From Candidatus Thorarchaeota archaeon (GTDB lineage: Archaea > Asgardarchaeota > Thorarchaeia > Thorarchaeales > Thorarchaeaceae): a stretch of DNA of 64,000 nucleotides. This document shows positions 18,348-26,425 of this stretch, in pieces. The first letter of the stretch is position 1. Every line of letters begins with the position of its first letter. A program made the translations under genes and the position numbers. The notes beneath the pieces are model-generated. The model saw nothing but the letters and a program-made list of their open reading frames with translations. It was not told the origin of the DNA and searched no databases. The stretch lies in the NCBI GenBank assembly GCA_048882485.1, contig JBHLRP010000004.1, positions 1,657 through 65,656 on the forward strand. Reading direction: 5' to 3'.

Positions 18348-19031
18348 TTGGATCATGGTAGAGAGCTTTCTTGGGAACCAATAGGTCTCGAGAGCACACT
18401 GAATGAGCTGGTCAACATTGTCAGAAAAATAGAAGAAACTACTCCATCTCACAGCAAACGGATGCTCCGTAAGACAAGGAAATGGAATCAACAGCTCAGC
18501 GAGGTTTTAGATTCTCTGGACAAGATTCGGACTGAGCTGAAGCCTCGACTTGAGGATGCGCTGGGTCTTTCAATCAGGGAGATGGAATTGCTCCAAGTAG
18601 CCATGTTCCAGCCGAGCACAAAGAACCTCTTCAGTGAGCTGCAGATTCAGCTCTCGATGGACAAGAGAAGCCCACTTGATAAAGAAGACTATGATATTCT
18701 TGTGTCACTAAGCGAGATTGCGCAGTCATTGGCATTGGTGGGCGATGCAGCAATCTCGATGGCAGTATTGCATCACATCTGGCAACCAAAAGCCACAGAT
18801 GTTGGAACATTGACTCAACGTCGAGCCGATATTGTGAGTAATGAGCATCTGGCAAAGGTCTGTGACTCTTGGGGGCTTTATGAACAACGCATCCATTTCG
18901 ACCCTGCGAGTTCTAGTAAGTCGGAGATGGACCACGACAAAGGAACCCTTGTTGAAGCGATCTGCGGGATAATCTACATTGAGAATGGGTTCAACAAAGT
19001 CAGAGGACTGATTCCACTACTAGTCGGGTGA
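18348..19031 (+). CDS. RNase III-domain protein without a dsRBD (Mini-III-like length, N-terminal coiled extension)
   Basis: Co-linear with the RNase III domain: 'LGLSIREMELLQVAMFQPS' (compare LGY.F.N..LL..ALTH.S), 'LALVGDAAISMAVLHHIW' (compare LEFLGDSIL), 'LTQRRADIVSNEHLAKV', 'KGTLVEAICGIIYIENG' (compare ADTVEALIGGVFLD). Starts 6 nt after the wHTH gene. Start codon uncertain (TTG). Confidence 0.6.
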   Translation: MDHGRELSWEPIGLESTLNELVNIVRKIEETTPSHSKRMLRKTRKWNQQLSEVLDSLDKIRTELKPRLEDALGLSIREMELLQVAMFQPSTKNLFSELQIQLSMDKRSPLDKEDYDILVSLSEIAQSLALVGDAAISMAVLHHIWQPKATDVGTLTQRRADIVSNEHLAKVCDSWGLYEQRIHFDPASSSKSEMDHDKGTLVEAICGIIYIENGFNKVRGLIPLLVG

Positions 19032-19041
19032 TGTCATGCAC

Positions 19042-20529
19042 CTATGCCTCAGTCATATCATATTCGGCTCGTAGATCCTTAGCCCCTTCTGTTCCAGGAA
19101 ACATCTGGAGAAACCGTTTCCGAATTGCTTTTGCATCCTCGGGATCCGAATATACGCGAACTGATGGGATAGTTTCCTTTTGCTTGTTGAGGATTTGCAT
19201 GAGAGGTTGGCCCTCCTCAATTGAATCAAGCGTCACTGTATCAAGACTTGTGGTTTCTCCACCAACTAAGAGAGGAATTTTACCAAGAATATCCTCGCCT
19301 AGCCTTGGGTCCACTACATCAATGATTACTTTGCCAATATCTCCTGCGACGTCGGCTTCCATGTCAATCAGTTTACCAATATCTGTCAGGGTTGCTAGCA
19401 ATGCGTCTTTTGAAGCCTGTTCAAAGGATGACAGTGACCGTGAAAGCACTACCTTGAACATTCTCCGGTGTCTAATTCTTCTTGCGTAATCTCTCACGAA
19501 CTCAATCTCTGAATTCTTAAACCATAGATATAGATCAGCATCTGTCATTCGGGTAAATAGTCCAAAACATTCGTTCTTTGATAGTCCTTCTTCTCGTATT
19601 CGGAAGTATGTAGCCTTCGATGTTATAGCTTCAGCAAGCTTAACAGCGTGATGGAGGTAAAGATCACTGAACATCCAGTTCCTACTCATGATTAGAGATT
19701 CCAAAGAATGTAGGGCCTTAAGCATGAATGCTCTCACATATTTACCGTCGGGCATTCTGACTACACGATTTGTCAACATGACTCGCTCTGCAGGAAATAT
19801 ACCTAGTTGGACTCCACTGAAGTGAGCATCTCGAATCAGATAGTCTGTCTTGTCTATATCCAGGGGATGATCAAGAAAATCAGACAGAAGCATCCAAACG
19901 GGATCCTTTGCTTTCCTGCGAAAGACATCAACAACTGTACTTGGCTCAATGCCATTCTCCTTCAAGACGTCAGCTAGACCACTGTGCTTAATGAGATACT
20001 CACCCAAGTCCAAATGGTCGATATCAGCCCAACTCTGGAGGGCATATTCAATAGTATGTGATGTTGGAGGATGACCAACATCATGAAGAAGAGCAGCTGC
20101 TCTGAATACCTTCTGCTGGTAGTCATCAAGGAGATTGGAAAGAGGATAGAAGCAAGGCTTATCCAAGTCGTCACAGTAGTTGACAACGCGTATGCACTTC
20201 TGCGCCAAGAAGTTGGTTCCAACACAGTGAAGAAACCTAGTGTGAGTTGCTCCGGGATAAACCAGATGTGCTGGACCCAGCTGTTTGATGAAGCGAAGTC
20301 GCAGCATCTCAATGCTGGAAAGGATGTCTAGTTCCCAAGGGTCAAAAATGATTGCGCCATGTACCGGGTCTTGAATGGCTTTCTGACGCGTGTGCTTTTC
20401 CTCAACTGACCATAGGCGTCTGCGTCGTTTTATCTTATTTTGTATCTCATCCCAAGCATCATCTTTTGCAGACCTTGCTTCGGCAATAGCTTGCTCTCGA
20501 AAACCTGTCAGCCGAATCAATTCGGCCAT
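19042..20529 (-). CDS. HD-domain phosphohydrolase of the SAMHD1/dNTP-triphosphohydrolase-like family
   Basis: 'QDPVHGAIIF', 'LRLRFIKQLGPAHLVYPGATHTRFLHCVG', 'AALLHDVGHPPTSH', 'DKTDYLIRDAHFSGV'. Confidence 0.8.
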   Translation of the reverse strand: MAELIRLTGFREQAIAEARSAKDDAWDEIQNKIKRRRRLWSVEEKHTRQKAIQDPVHGAIIFDPWELDILSSIEMLRLRFIKQLGPAHLVYPGATHTRFLHCVGTNFLAQKCIRVVNYCDDLDKPCFYPLSNLLDDYQQKVFRAAALLHDVGHPPTSHTIEYALQSWADIDHLDLGEYLIKHSGLADVLKENGIEPSTVVDVFRRKAKDPVWMLLSDFLDHPLDIDKTDYLIRDAHFSGVQLGIFPAERVMLTNRVVRMPDGKYVRAFMLKALHSLESLIMSRNWMFSDLYLHHAVKLAEAITSKATYFRIREEGLSKNECFGLFTRMTDADLYLWFKNSEIEFVRDYARRIRHRRMFKVVLSRSLSSFEQASKDALLATLTDIGKLIDMEADVAGDIGKVIIDVVDPRLGEDILGKIPLLVGGETTSLDTVTLDSIEEGQPLMQILNKQKETIPSVRVYSDPEDAKAIRKRFLQMFPGTEGAKDLRAEYDMTEA

Positions 20530-20638
20530 TTCGACATCAATGTCTTTAACAGCTGAACTCTCTCCTTTGGTAATCTCCTTTCACCTGTGTATTCCATATG
20601 CCCCCGTTATTTAAGCAATGGCTATGACAGAGGGCATT

Positions 20639-21187
20639 TTACTCAGGGGATAGGTTTCTGGATCTCTTTACCCTCTCACGAGTAGCACTATATTCCAGTG
20701 TATTCTCGCGCTCCATTGCCTCACAATACTCATCAGGAGTGCAATAACCCCACCCTCGCAGAGTCTTACACCATGGGGCTGAACGTACCTTATAGAAAGG
20801 AGGATTGATGAGATTAGCAACAACTAGAAAATCCGCAACTATCTTTATGCGATTGTTCTTGAATGCTTCTTGAATACAAGGTGGAGCTCGTTCGACCATC
20901 CGAGGGTTTATCCGAAACAGTCTGCTCCAGAGAAGACACCTTTTGGCGACATAGAGAAAATCACACTTAGGACATAAACTGGAGTGAATCGATAGTTTGC
21001 ATAATTCGTTTCGGCTTTTCTTCGTTAATCCTGATTCACGCAGAAGATGAAACTTAATGTCCACAAACCATTCAGGAGTAAATGCACCAAACTCGTCTAT
21101 GAATGATTGAAGCTCGGATTGGACTTCATCTTCTGGGGAGGTCCAGTGTTCTTGAGTAAGGAGTGGTTTTCGCGTCTTTTCAGCCAT
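20639..21187 (-). CDS. Cys-rich hypothetical protein (182 aa), upstream of and co-directional with the HD gene
   Basis: ORF with multiple Cys ('CPKCDF', 'APPCIQ', 'WCKTLRGWGYCTPDEYC'). No named motif. Confidence 0.5.
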   Translation of the reverse strand: MAEKTRKPLLTQEHWTSPEDEVQSELQSFIDEFGAFTPEWFVDIKFHLLRESGLTKKSRNELCKLSIHSSLCPKCDFLYVAKRCLLWSRLFRINPRMVERAPPCIQEAFKNNRIKIVADFLVVANLINPPFYKVRSAPWCKTLRGWGYCTPDEYCEAMERENTLEYSATRERVKRSRNLSPE

Positions 21188-21344
21188 CAGATATTCATCT
21201 TCATATCCTGCAAAGGCCGTCTTAAACGCATCAGTTGGATTGGGGAATCCAGCTGAAAAGATTCGAAGCTTGTTGGAGCAACTCTTAAATCAGGGAATCG
21301 GCGTTTCTGCCTTACAGCGCCTCTTCTGACGAGGTCACGGCCAG

Positions 21345-22358
21345 ATGACCAAACTTAGCCTACTATCCGAATACTCCCTAAGAGAGGGAGTCACATCACT
21401 CGAAGTTGTGGACTTGACTGGTAGTGGAAAAGCTAACGTTGTAGTGTCAACCATGAACGGAGACCTCAGAGTCTTTGAGCTGACCAAAGGAAAGACGCCA
21501 AAGCTAAGGGAGATAGCTAACACAAGTGACCTCCCACCAGTGGCTGCCTTAGACGTTGGAGATGTCCTAGGCAATGGTGTTCCCGACTTTGTTGTAGCAG
21601 GACTCGACAATCAGCTGCGACTACTTGTGTTTATGGACAACAAGTTGCAGGTGAAGAGTTCGACTCCTGTGGGAGCCATTCCGACATCCTTGGTGGTTGC
21701 CAATGTACTTAGTGACAAGAGCGCAGAAGTCATTGTATCAACAACTGACCAAGCCCTCAGGTGCTATGGATGGTTTGACGTAGTTTTGGACAAGTTGGCA
21801 CACAAGGTCGTGGACAATCCAGTCCTTTCTATGCGACGATTGTCAATAGAGAATGTCCCTTACAGTAGGTTCGTTTTCGGAGATGAAAATGGCAACCTCT
21901 TCGTATATCAGTACGCTGACGATAGACTTCACGAAGTATGGAGAATGAAGGTGGGGAAGGAGGTCTATCATATTGCCACTGGTAACATCGCTGGTGGAAG
22001 ATATGACGAAATCGTGAGTGTTTCAGACAAACGTACAATCACGCTTCTAAGAGTCGAACAACAGGCGCTTGAAAAGGTGCTATCAATCAAGGCTCCTGAT
22101 CCAGTAACTGCAGTGAGAATGGGTAGAATTCTCCAAGACACACCAGCAGGACAGATTCTACTTAGTCTTCAGGACTCCACATTATTGCTGCTAGGCTTCA
22201 ATGGCATTGAATTGATAGAGCTAGCCTCTCTCAGGACTGCTTCGAAATCTGCAGAGTCCATGGTAGCTTTTGGCGACCTTACTGGCGATTCAAGAAATGA
22301 GATCGTTCAGGCGATAGGAAATAAAATCTTCATTGTTGCGATTGATGAGCCGGCGTGA
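21345..22358 (+). CDS. Seven-bladed beta-propeller protein with FG-GAP/VCBS-like repeats, apparently cytosolic
   Basis: Seven repeats of ~45 aa, e.g. 'VVDLTGSGKANVVVSTMNGDLRVF', 'VGDVLGNGVPDFVVAGLDNQLRLL', 'TGNIAGGRYDEIVSVSDKRTITLL', 'FGDLTGDSRNEIVQAIGNKIFIV'. No signal peptide or TM segment. Confidence 0.65.
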   Translation: MTKLSLLSEYSLREGVTSLEVVDLTGSGKANVVVSTMNGDLRVFELTKGKTPKLREIANTSDLPPVAALDVGDVLGNGVPDFVVAGLDNQLRLLVFMDNKLQVKSSTPVGAIPTSLVVANVLSDKSAEVIVSTTDQALRCYGWFDVVLDKLAHKVVDNPVLSMRRLSIENVPYSRFVFGDENGNLFVYQYADDRLHEVWRMKVGKEVYHIATGNIAGGRYDEIVSVSDKRTITLLRVEQQALEKVLSIKAPDPVTAVRMGRILQDTPAGQILLSLQDSTLLLLGFNGIELIELASLRTASKSAESMVAFGDLTGDSRNEIVQAIGNKIFIVAIDEPA

Positions 22359-22361
22359 AAC

Positions 22362-22853
22362 TTACAACTCGGGCATGAAGACTTCGTTTGGTTGAAGCAC
22401 TTCAACCATCTTGACTGAAGCTTTGGATTTGATACGAGGAACTACCTCCGTATCAAGCCACGCCTTCACATTTGCACGTGCCATCTCGATATTCTCTGCC
22501 TCTGCATTCATATCGAATCTGATGAATAAGTTGTAGGGCTCCCTCTCTGACACATCCTTTTTAATCATCGCCCAGAAGGCCTTGGAACCAGCAGGGATGT
22601 CGATTCGGCCAAGGATTTCCGACCAGGATTTACCTTCCAATCTCTTTGACACTATGGCCAGATCCTTTAATTCTGGGAGTTCCTCAAGGGCATCAAGAAT
22701 AAGCTGGCCTGAGGTCCTAGTATCCTTGATTTCTTCGAACTCTGCTATCAAGTAGTGATCGGCTCTGAACTTGGGCATGGGCATTTGCTCCATCCATATG
22801 ATGAGGCCGCCTGTCTGTGCTCTGCTCTTAAATATGATGGTCCTCAGGTTCAT
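22362..22853 (-). CDS. Hypothetical protein (~160 aa)
   Basis: ORF only. The start is ambiguous: TTG at 22865, or ATG at 22853, 22793, 22784 or 22778. Confidence 0.45.
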   Translation of the reverse strand: MNLRTIIFKSRAQTGGLIIWMEQMPMPKFRADHYLIAEFEEIKDTRTSGQLILDALEELPELKDLAIVSKRLEGKSWSEILGRIDIPAGSKAFWAMIKKDVSEREPYNLFIRFDMNAEAENIEMARANVKAWLDTEVVPRIKSKASVKMVEVLQPNEVFMPEL

Positions 22854-23502
22854 CACTGGCAACAAGAAGCTCTTGCTTGTAGTGATAGAATCGGTAGGCT
22901 GCAGTACAGAAACCCATGATTGTAACGACTACAAGTCCCCATATGACGAGGCTAAACAATGCAAAAATGACCAGAGTGAGTAGGCGTTCCGATCTGGCAC
23001 CTAATCCCACATCAAGGTCCGTCACTCCCAGACTCCCTGCACGTGATCTGCTATAGCTGGTCAGGAGCCATCCGGTAATGCAGAGAAGCACCCATAGCGG
23101 AATTGAAACTCCAATGAAAGAAAACGATTCGTAAGCCACCGCGATAGCAAAAAGCAGGATGACTTCAGATACTTTGTCTATGAATGAGTCAGTGAATGCA
23201 CCCGCTTTTGATGCCAGATTACCCTCTCTTGCCACTACTCCATCCACACCGTCCAGAAATCCTACGAGAAACAGTAGCAGCCCGTAGATTGGCTCTGAAT
23301 TCAAAATGGTCAAAGCAAGAAAGGCAATAATAGCTATAAGGACTGCGAAGTAGGTGATAGAGTCAGGTCGCACATTGCGCTTCACCAGTGGTTTCGCTGC
23401 TGCAGTGACTGCACCTCTAAAAATACCTCTGACCCTGAATTTGCTTGGTGATATACTAATCACTCTCCTTGGAAATGATTTTGCTCCCATACACGATAGC
23501 AT
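22828..23502 (-). CDS. CDP-alcohol phosphatidyltransferase family membrane enzyme
   Basis: Signature 'DGVDGVVAREGNLASKAGAFTDSFIDKVSE' (D-G-x2-A-R-x8-G-x3-D-x3-D) plus ~6 TM helices. The 5' end overlaps the upstream gene; alternative starts are ATG 23490 and GTG 23463. Confidence 0.85.
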   Translation of the reverse strand: MLSCMGAKSFPRRVISISPSKFRVRGIFRGAVTAAAKPLVKRNVRPDSITYFAVLIAIIAFLALTILNSEPIYGLLLFLVGFLDGVDGVVAREGNLASKAGAFTDSFIDKVSEVILLFAIAVAYESFSFIGVSIPLWVLLCITGWLLTSYSRSRAGSLGVTDLDVGLGARSERLLTLVIFALFSLVIWGLVVVTIMGFCTAAYRFYHYKQELLVASDEPEDHHI

Positions 23503-24523
23503 CTTTGATCAGATCTCTTGCTTTGACTCGGGCTGACTCAATAAGTAGGCAGTTTTCGATAGTGGCCTCTTGGGATAGTTTTGTATCATTCTCCATGCTT
23601 ACACACGGCCCAATCCTGCATCCCTCTTCAATGCTGCATTCAGGACCTATGAATGCTGGCCCCGTTATGCTCACACCCGATGCCAATAGTGTTCCAGATG
23701 CGATTTCGACTTGATCATCTATCTCAATGGTGTCGCCAGGTGGAACAATGATACAACCCTCGATTGGTTCAACTTGCTCTGACAGAATCAGCTTCATTAC
23801 ATCAAGAAGATCTATGATTGAGTCAATATCTGCCCATTTGCCAGCCACTTTGGCTGCATATACATTCAATCGTTGGGATATCATTTGATTTATCGCGGCC
23901 ACCACAGTCTTCTCCCCGGATGCATGAGCAGCACGGAAATGACTGATTGAGTCTGGATTAGCCGCCACAAGCATGGCACTGTGATACACCGAATCAAACT
24001 CCATCAGTGATGCGCCTATGCCAGCAACTAGACCATCATCACGAATATACGTGGGGGAATCATTGGAGGATTCCGAGGTTACACTGATTGTTAACATGCG
24101 AGAGTTCCCACCACTCTCATGTTGCTCTATGAGTTGCATAACAATGGATGGTGAAACGACATAATCGACGGGGCATATCAGGAATGACTCATTGTCATAG
24201 TGGTCTAGGACTGAAGACAAAGTATGAAGAGGGCCTTTCTCAATTGACGAAACCTCAACCATTTCTATGGACATGGAATATGAATCGGCAATTGCATGCA
24301 GGTGTTTCTCGAATAGGTCGTGTTTCCAACCAACCCCCACATGTATAGAATGCACGCCTGACTCAGCTAAGACATCAAGTAGCCGTGTTAGAATTGTCTT
24401 GCCTGCTAAAGGGATAAGTCCCTTAGGTATAGACTCACTTAGGGCACCCATTCGTGACCCGCGGCCAGCAGCCAGAATTATGGCGTGTATGCCTATTCCT
24501 CCTTTTAGCCACTCAAATAACAT
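23456..24523 (-). CDS. Nucleotidyltransferase (NTP_transferase fold) with a C-terminal left-handed beta-helix domain
   Basis: 'AIILAAGRGSRMGALSESIPKGLIPLAGKTIL' (G-x-G-[ST]-R). C-terminal hexapeptide-like repeats 'IASGTLLASGVSITGPAFIGPECSIEEGCRIGPCVSM'. Confidence 0.8.
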   Translation of the reverse strand: MLFEWLKGGIGIHAIILAAGRGSRMGALSESIPKGLIPLAGKTILTRLLDVLAESGVHSIHVGVGWKHDLFEKHLHAIADSYSMSIEMVEVSSIEKGPLHTLSSVLDHYDNESFLICPVDYVVSPSIVMQLIEQHESGGNSRMLTISVTSESSNDSPTYIRDDGLVAGIGASLMEFDSVYHSAMLVAANPDSISHFRAAHASGEKTVVAAINQMISQRLNVYAAKVAGKWADIDSIIDLLDVMKLILSEQVEPIEGCIIVPPGDTIEIDDQVEIASGTLLASGVSITGPAFIGPECSIEEGCRIGPCVSMENDTKLSQEATIENCLLIESARVKARDLIKDAIVYGSKIISKESD

Positions 24524-24566
24524 GGTTCATATCAGTGTTTGTAAGGATAGGAGGTGGTAACTAATC

Positions 24567-25271
24567 TTGACATCTAGAATCCTTACTGTCAAGGATGAGG
24601 ACAGCTGTGACCCTGTTATACAGGAAGCAGTAAGAATCATTCAGGATGGTGGGCTGGTAGTCTATCCGACAGATACGAGTTATGGCATTGCATGTGACCC
24701 CATGCAAGAACAGGCACTTGAGCGATTGATCGCTGCAAAGAAAAGAGACAAAGGGGTCGGCGTGCCGCTTCTTTTTTCAGACATTCGTCAGTGTGAGAGA
24801 TATCATGACTTTGGGAATCTAGAGAGAGTCTTAGCTCGGCTCTTCTGGCCTGGCGCATTGACATTGATAGTAACAGTAAAGGAAACAATTCCAGCCTACA
24901 TCACTGGTGGCAGAACATCCGCAGCAATAAGAGTCCCAGATCATTTCATTCCACGAAGGATTGCCAAAGAATTAGGAGCGCCAATAGTTGGCACAAGTGC
25001 AAATCTGAGTGGTGGCGAATCTCCCTTTACAATGTCCACAGCAAGAGAACAGTTGGGAGATGAGGTGGACCTCTATATTGATGGCGGACCATCCTCTGCA
25101 AATGCCAACTCAACAATTCTGGGAGTTGAAGAAACTGGAACTGAGGGCCCATTGAACATTAAGGTCTATCGTGAGGGGAGTCTGAGTGTAGAGAGGATAA
25201 CAGATAGCCTTAGAATTGATTCAGATGCACTGCGATTCTGGACAAATCGTGTCATCTATCCTAAAATGTGA
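24567..25271 (+). CDS. L-threonylcarbamoyladenylate synthase (Sua5/TsaC/YrdC family)
   Basis: 'VVYPTDTSYGIACDP', 'WPGALTLIV', 'AIRVPDH', 'VGTSANLSGGESP'. TTG start with GGAGGTGG ~10 nt upstream. Confidence 0.85.
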   Translation: MTSRILTVKDEDSCDPVIQEAVRIIQDGGLVVYPTDTSYGIACDPMQEQALERLIAAKKRDKGVGVPLLFSDIRQCERYHDFGNLERVLARLFWPGALTLIVTVKETIPAYITGGRTSAAIRVPDHFIPRRIAKELGAPIVGTSANLSGGESPFTMSTAREQLGDEVDLYIDGGPSSANANSTILGVEETGTEGPLNIKVYREGSLSVERITDSLRIDSDALRFWTNRVIYPKM

Positions 25272-25815
25272 GGCGAGCGGTCTGCATAATTACAATCTAC
25301 TAGTGGGTTGTCCCAGGGATAGGGAAAGAGCTGCAAAATCCGAGGTAACGTACTTCATTGGTGATCTTCTTGAAGACGCTGAGCTTCGAGTATTTCGAAC
25401 ACCAATCTCGGGCTTGCTTGCAGCATTATCAGGGCTAGATCCCTTTGATGTTGTTCACAGATTGAGAGAGTTCGCCCTAGAGAACGCCTATCAATTTCGA
25501 TTCGCAATACGTTTCACACCAATCGAGAAATGCGTTCCAACATCAATAGAAGAGATAGTAAAAGCAACAGAAGAATTGAGCTATAAGATAGATGAGAATG
25601 ACTCATTCAGAGTGACAGTACGACGGCGTCACACAGAGTTGGAAAACATGGAGGTTGTGACTGCAGCTGCTGCTGTGATCTCCAGACGAGTGGACCTAGA
25701 CCAGCCTGATAAGACTGTGTGGATCGAGATTGTAGGTGAATGGACAGGAGTTTCTGTTCTAAACCAGAAGAAAGACATTCTCTCGATCATGACCATGCGG
25801 GATGACATGTATTAG
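25216..25815 (+). CDS. THUMP-domain protein (small archaeal type)
   Basis: 'YNLLVGCPRDRERAAKSEV', 'FRFAIRFTPIEKCV', 'FRVTVRRRH', 'VWIEIVGEWTGVSVL'. The 5' end overlaps Sua5 by up to 56 nt, and the true start is uncertain. Confidence 0.65.
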   Translation: MIQMHCDSGQIVSSILKCEASGLHNYNLLVGCPRDRERAAKSEVTYFIGDLLEDAELRVFRTPISGLLAALSGLDPFDVVHRLREFALENAYQFRFAIRFTPIEKCVPTSIEEIVKATEELSYKIDENDSFRVTVRRRHTELENMEVVTAAAAVISRRVDLDQPDKTVWIEIVGEWTGVSVLNQKKDILSIMTMRDDMY

Positions 25816-25822
25816 TCCCGAA

Positions 25823-26410
25823 CTACGCTTCAAGAGCGACCATTGATACCCTGCTTATCACACAGCCTGAAAGCGCCCGATATCTTGCTTCGATTGAGTC
25901 TGATGATGAAAGTGTAGTGAGTTCGGTGTCATTAATCCCAAAATGCATCATTATGAGCTGTATCCGTTCCTCTGTGGGAACAAAAGGTTGCTGACTGACT
26001 GATCCTATCTTATCGACGATGTAGTCAACATGACTCTTCAGATTACTCTCATCTGTACCCAAGACGACTGCAGCAACGGATGTTGCTTCATCATTGACAC
26101 CTAGCTTTTCTAATGCAACTCCGATTTGATGTTGGCCCGATGCATAGAGTAGTATCTCGACGGCGAGGTTTCTTGAAATCGCATAATCCCCCTTCCAAGC
26201 ATTCAACGCATTTTGTGCAGCTGAGAGAAGGTGCACCTCTCCAGCTACAAGAGTTGAGTCAAGCAGTTGTACTGCTATGATTCCTTCAATTTGCTCAGAG
26301 GTTAAAGAAATCAGTTCCTCCTTTTTCAAGAGATTAGCATTGGTGATTTCCCCAACGGCTACATGGAAGACTTCATCATTGTAGGTCAGGGTTTCCAGAC
26401 GCATGTTCAT
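25823..26410 (-). CDS. cgi121: KEOPS subunit Cgi121
   Basis: 'VQLLDSTLVAGEVHLLSAAQNALNAWKGDYAISRNLAVEILLYASGQHQIGVALEKLGV' matches the characteristic Cgi121 core (..E.LLY.SG.RQI..A...G). Confidence 0.7.
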   Translation of the reverse strand: MNMRLETLTYNDEVFHVAVGEITNANLLKKEELISLTSEQIEGIIAVQLLDSTLVAGEVHLLSAAQNALNAWKGDYAISRNLAVEILLYASGQHQIGVALEKLGVNDEATSVAAVVLGTDESNLKSHVDYIVDKIGSVSQQPFVPTEERIQLIMMHFGINDTELTTLSSSDSIEARYRALSGCVISRVSMVALEA

Positions 26411-26425
26411 CCACACTTCTTCAGT

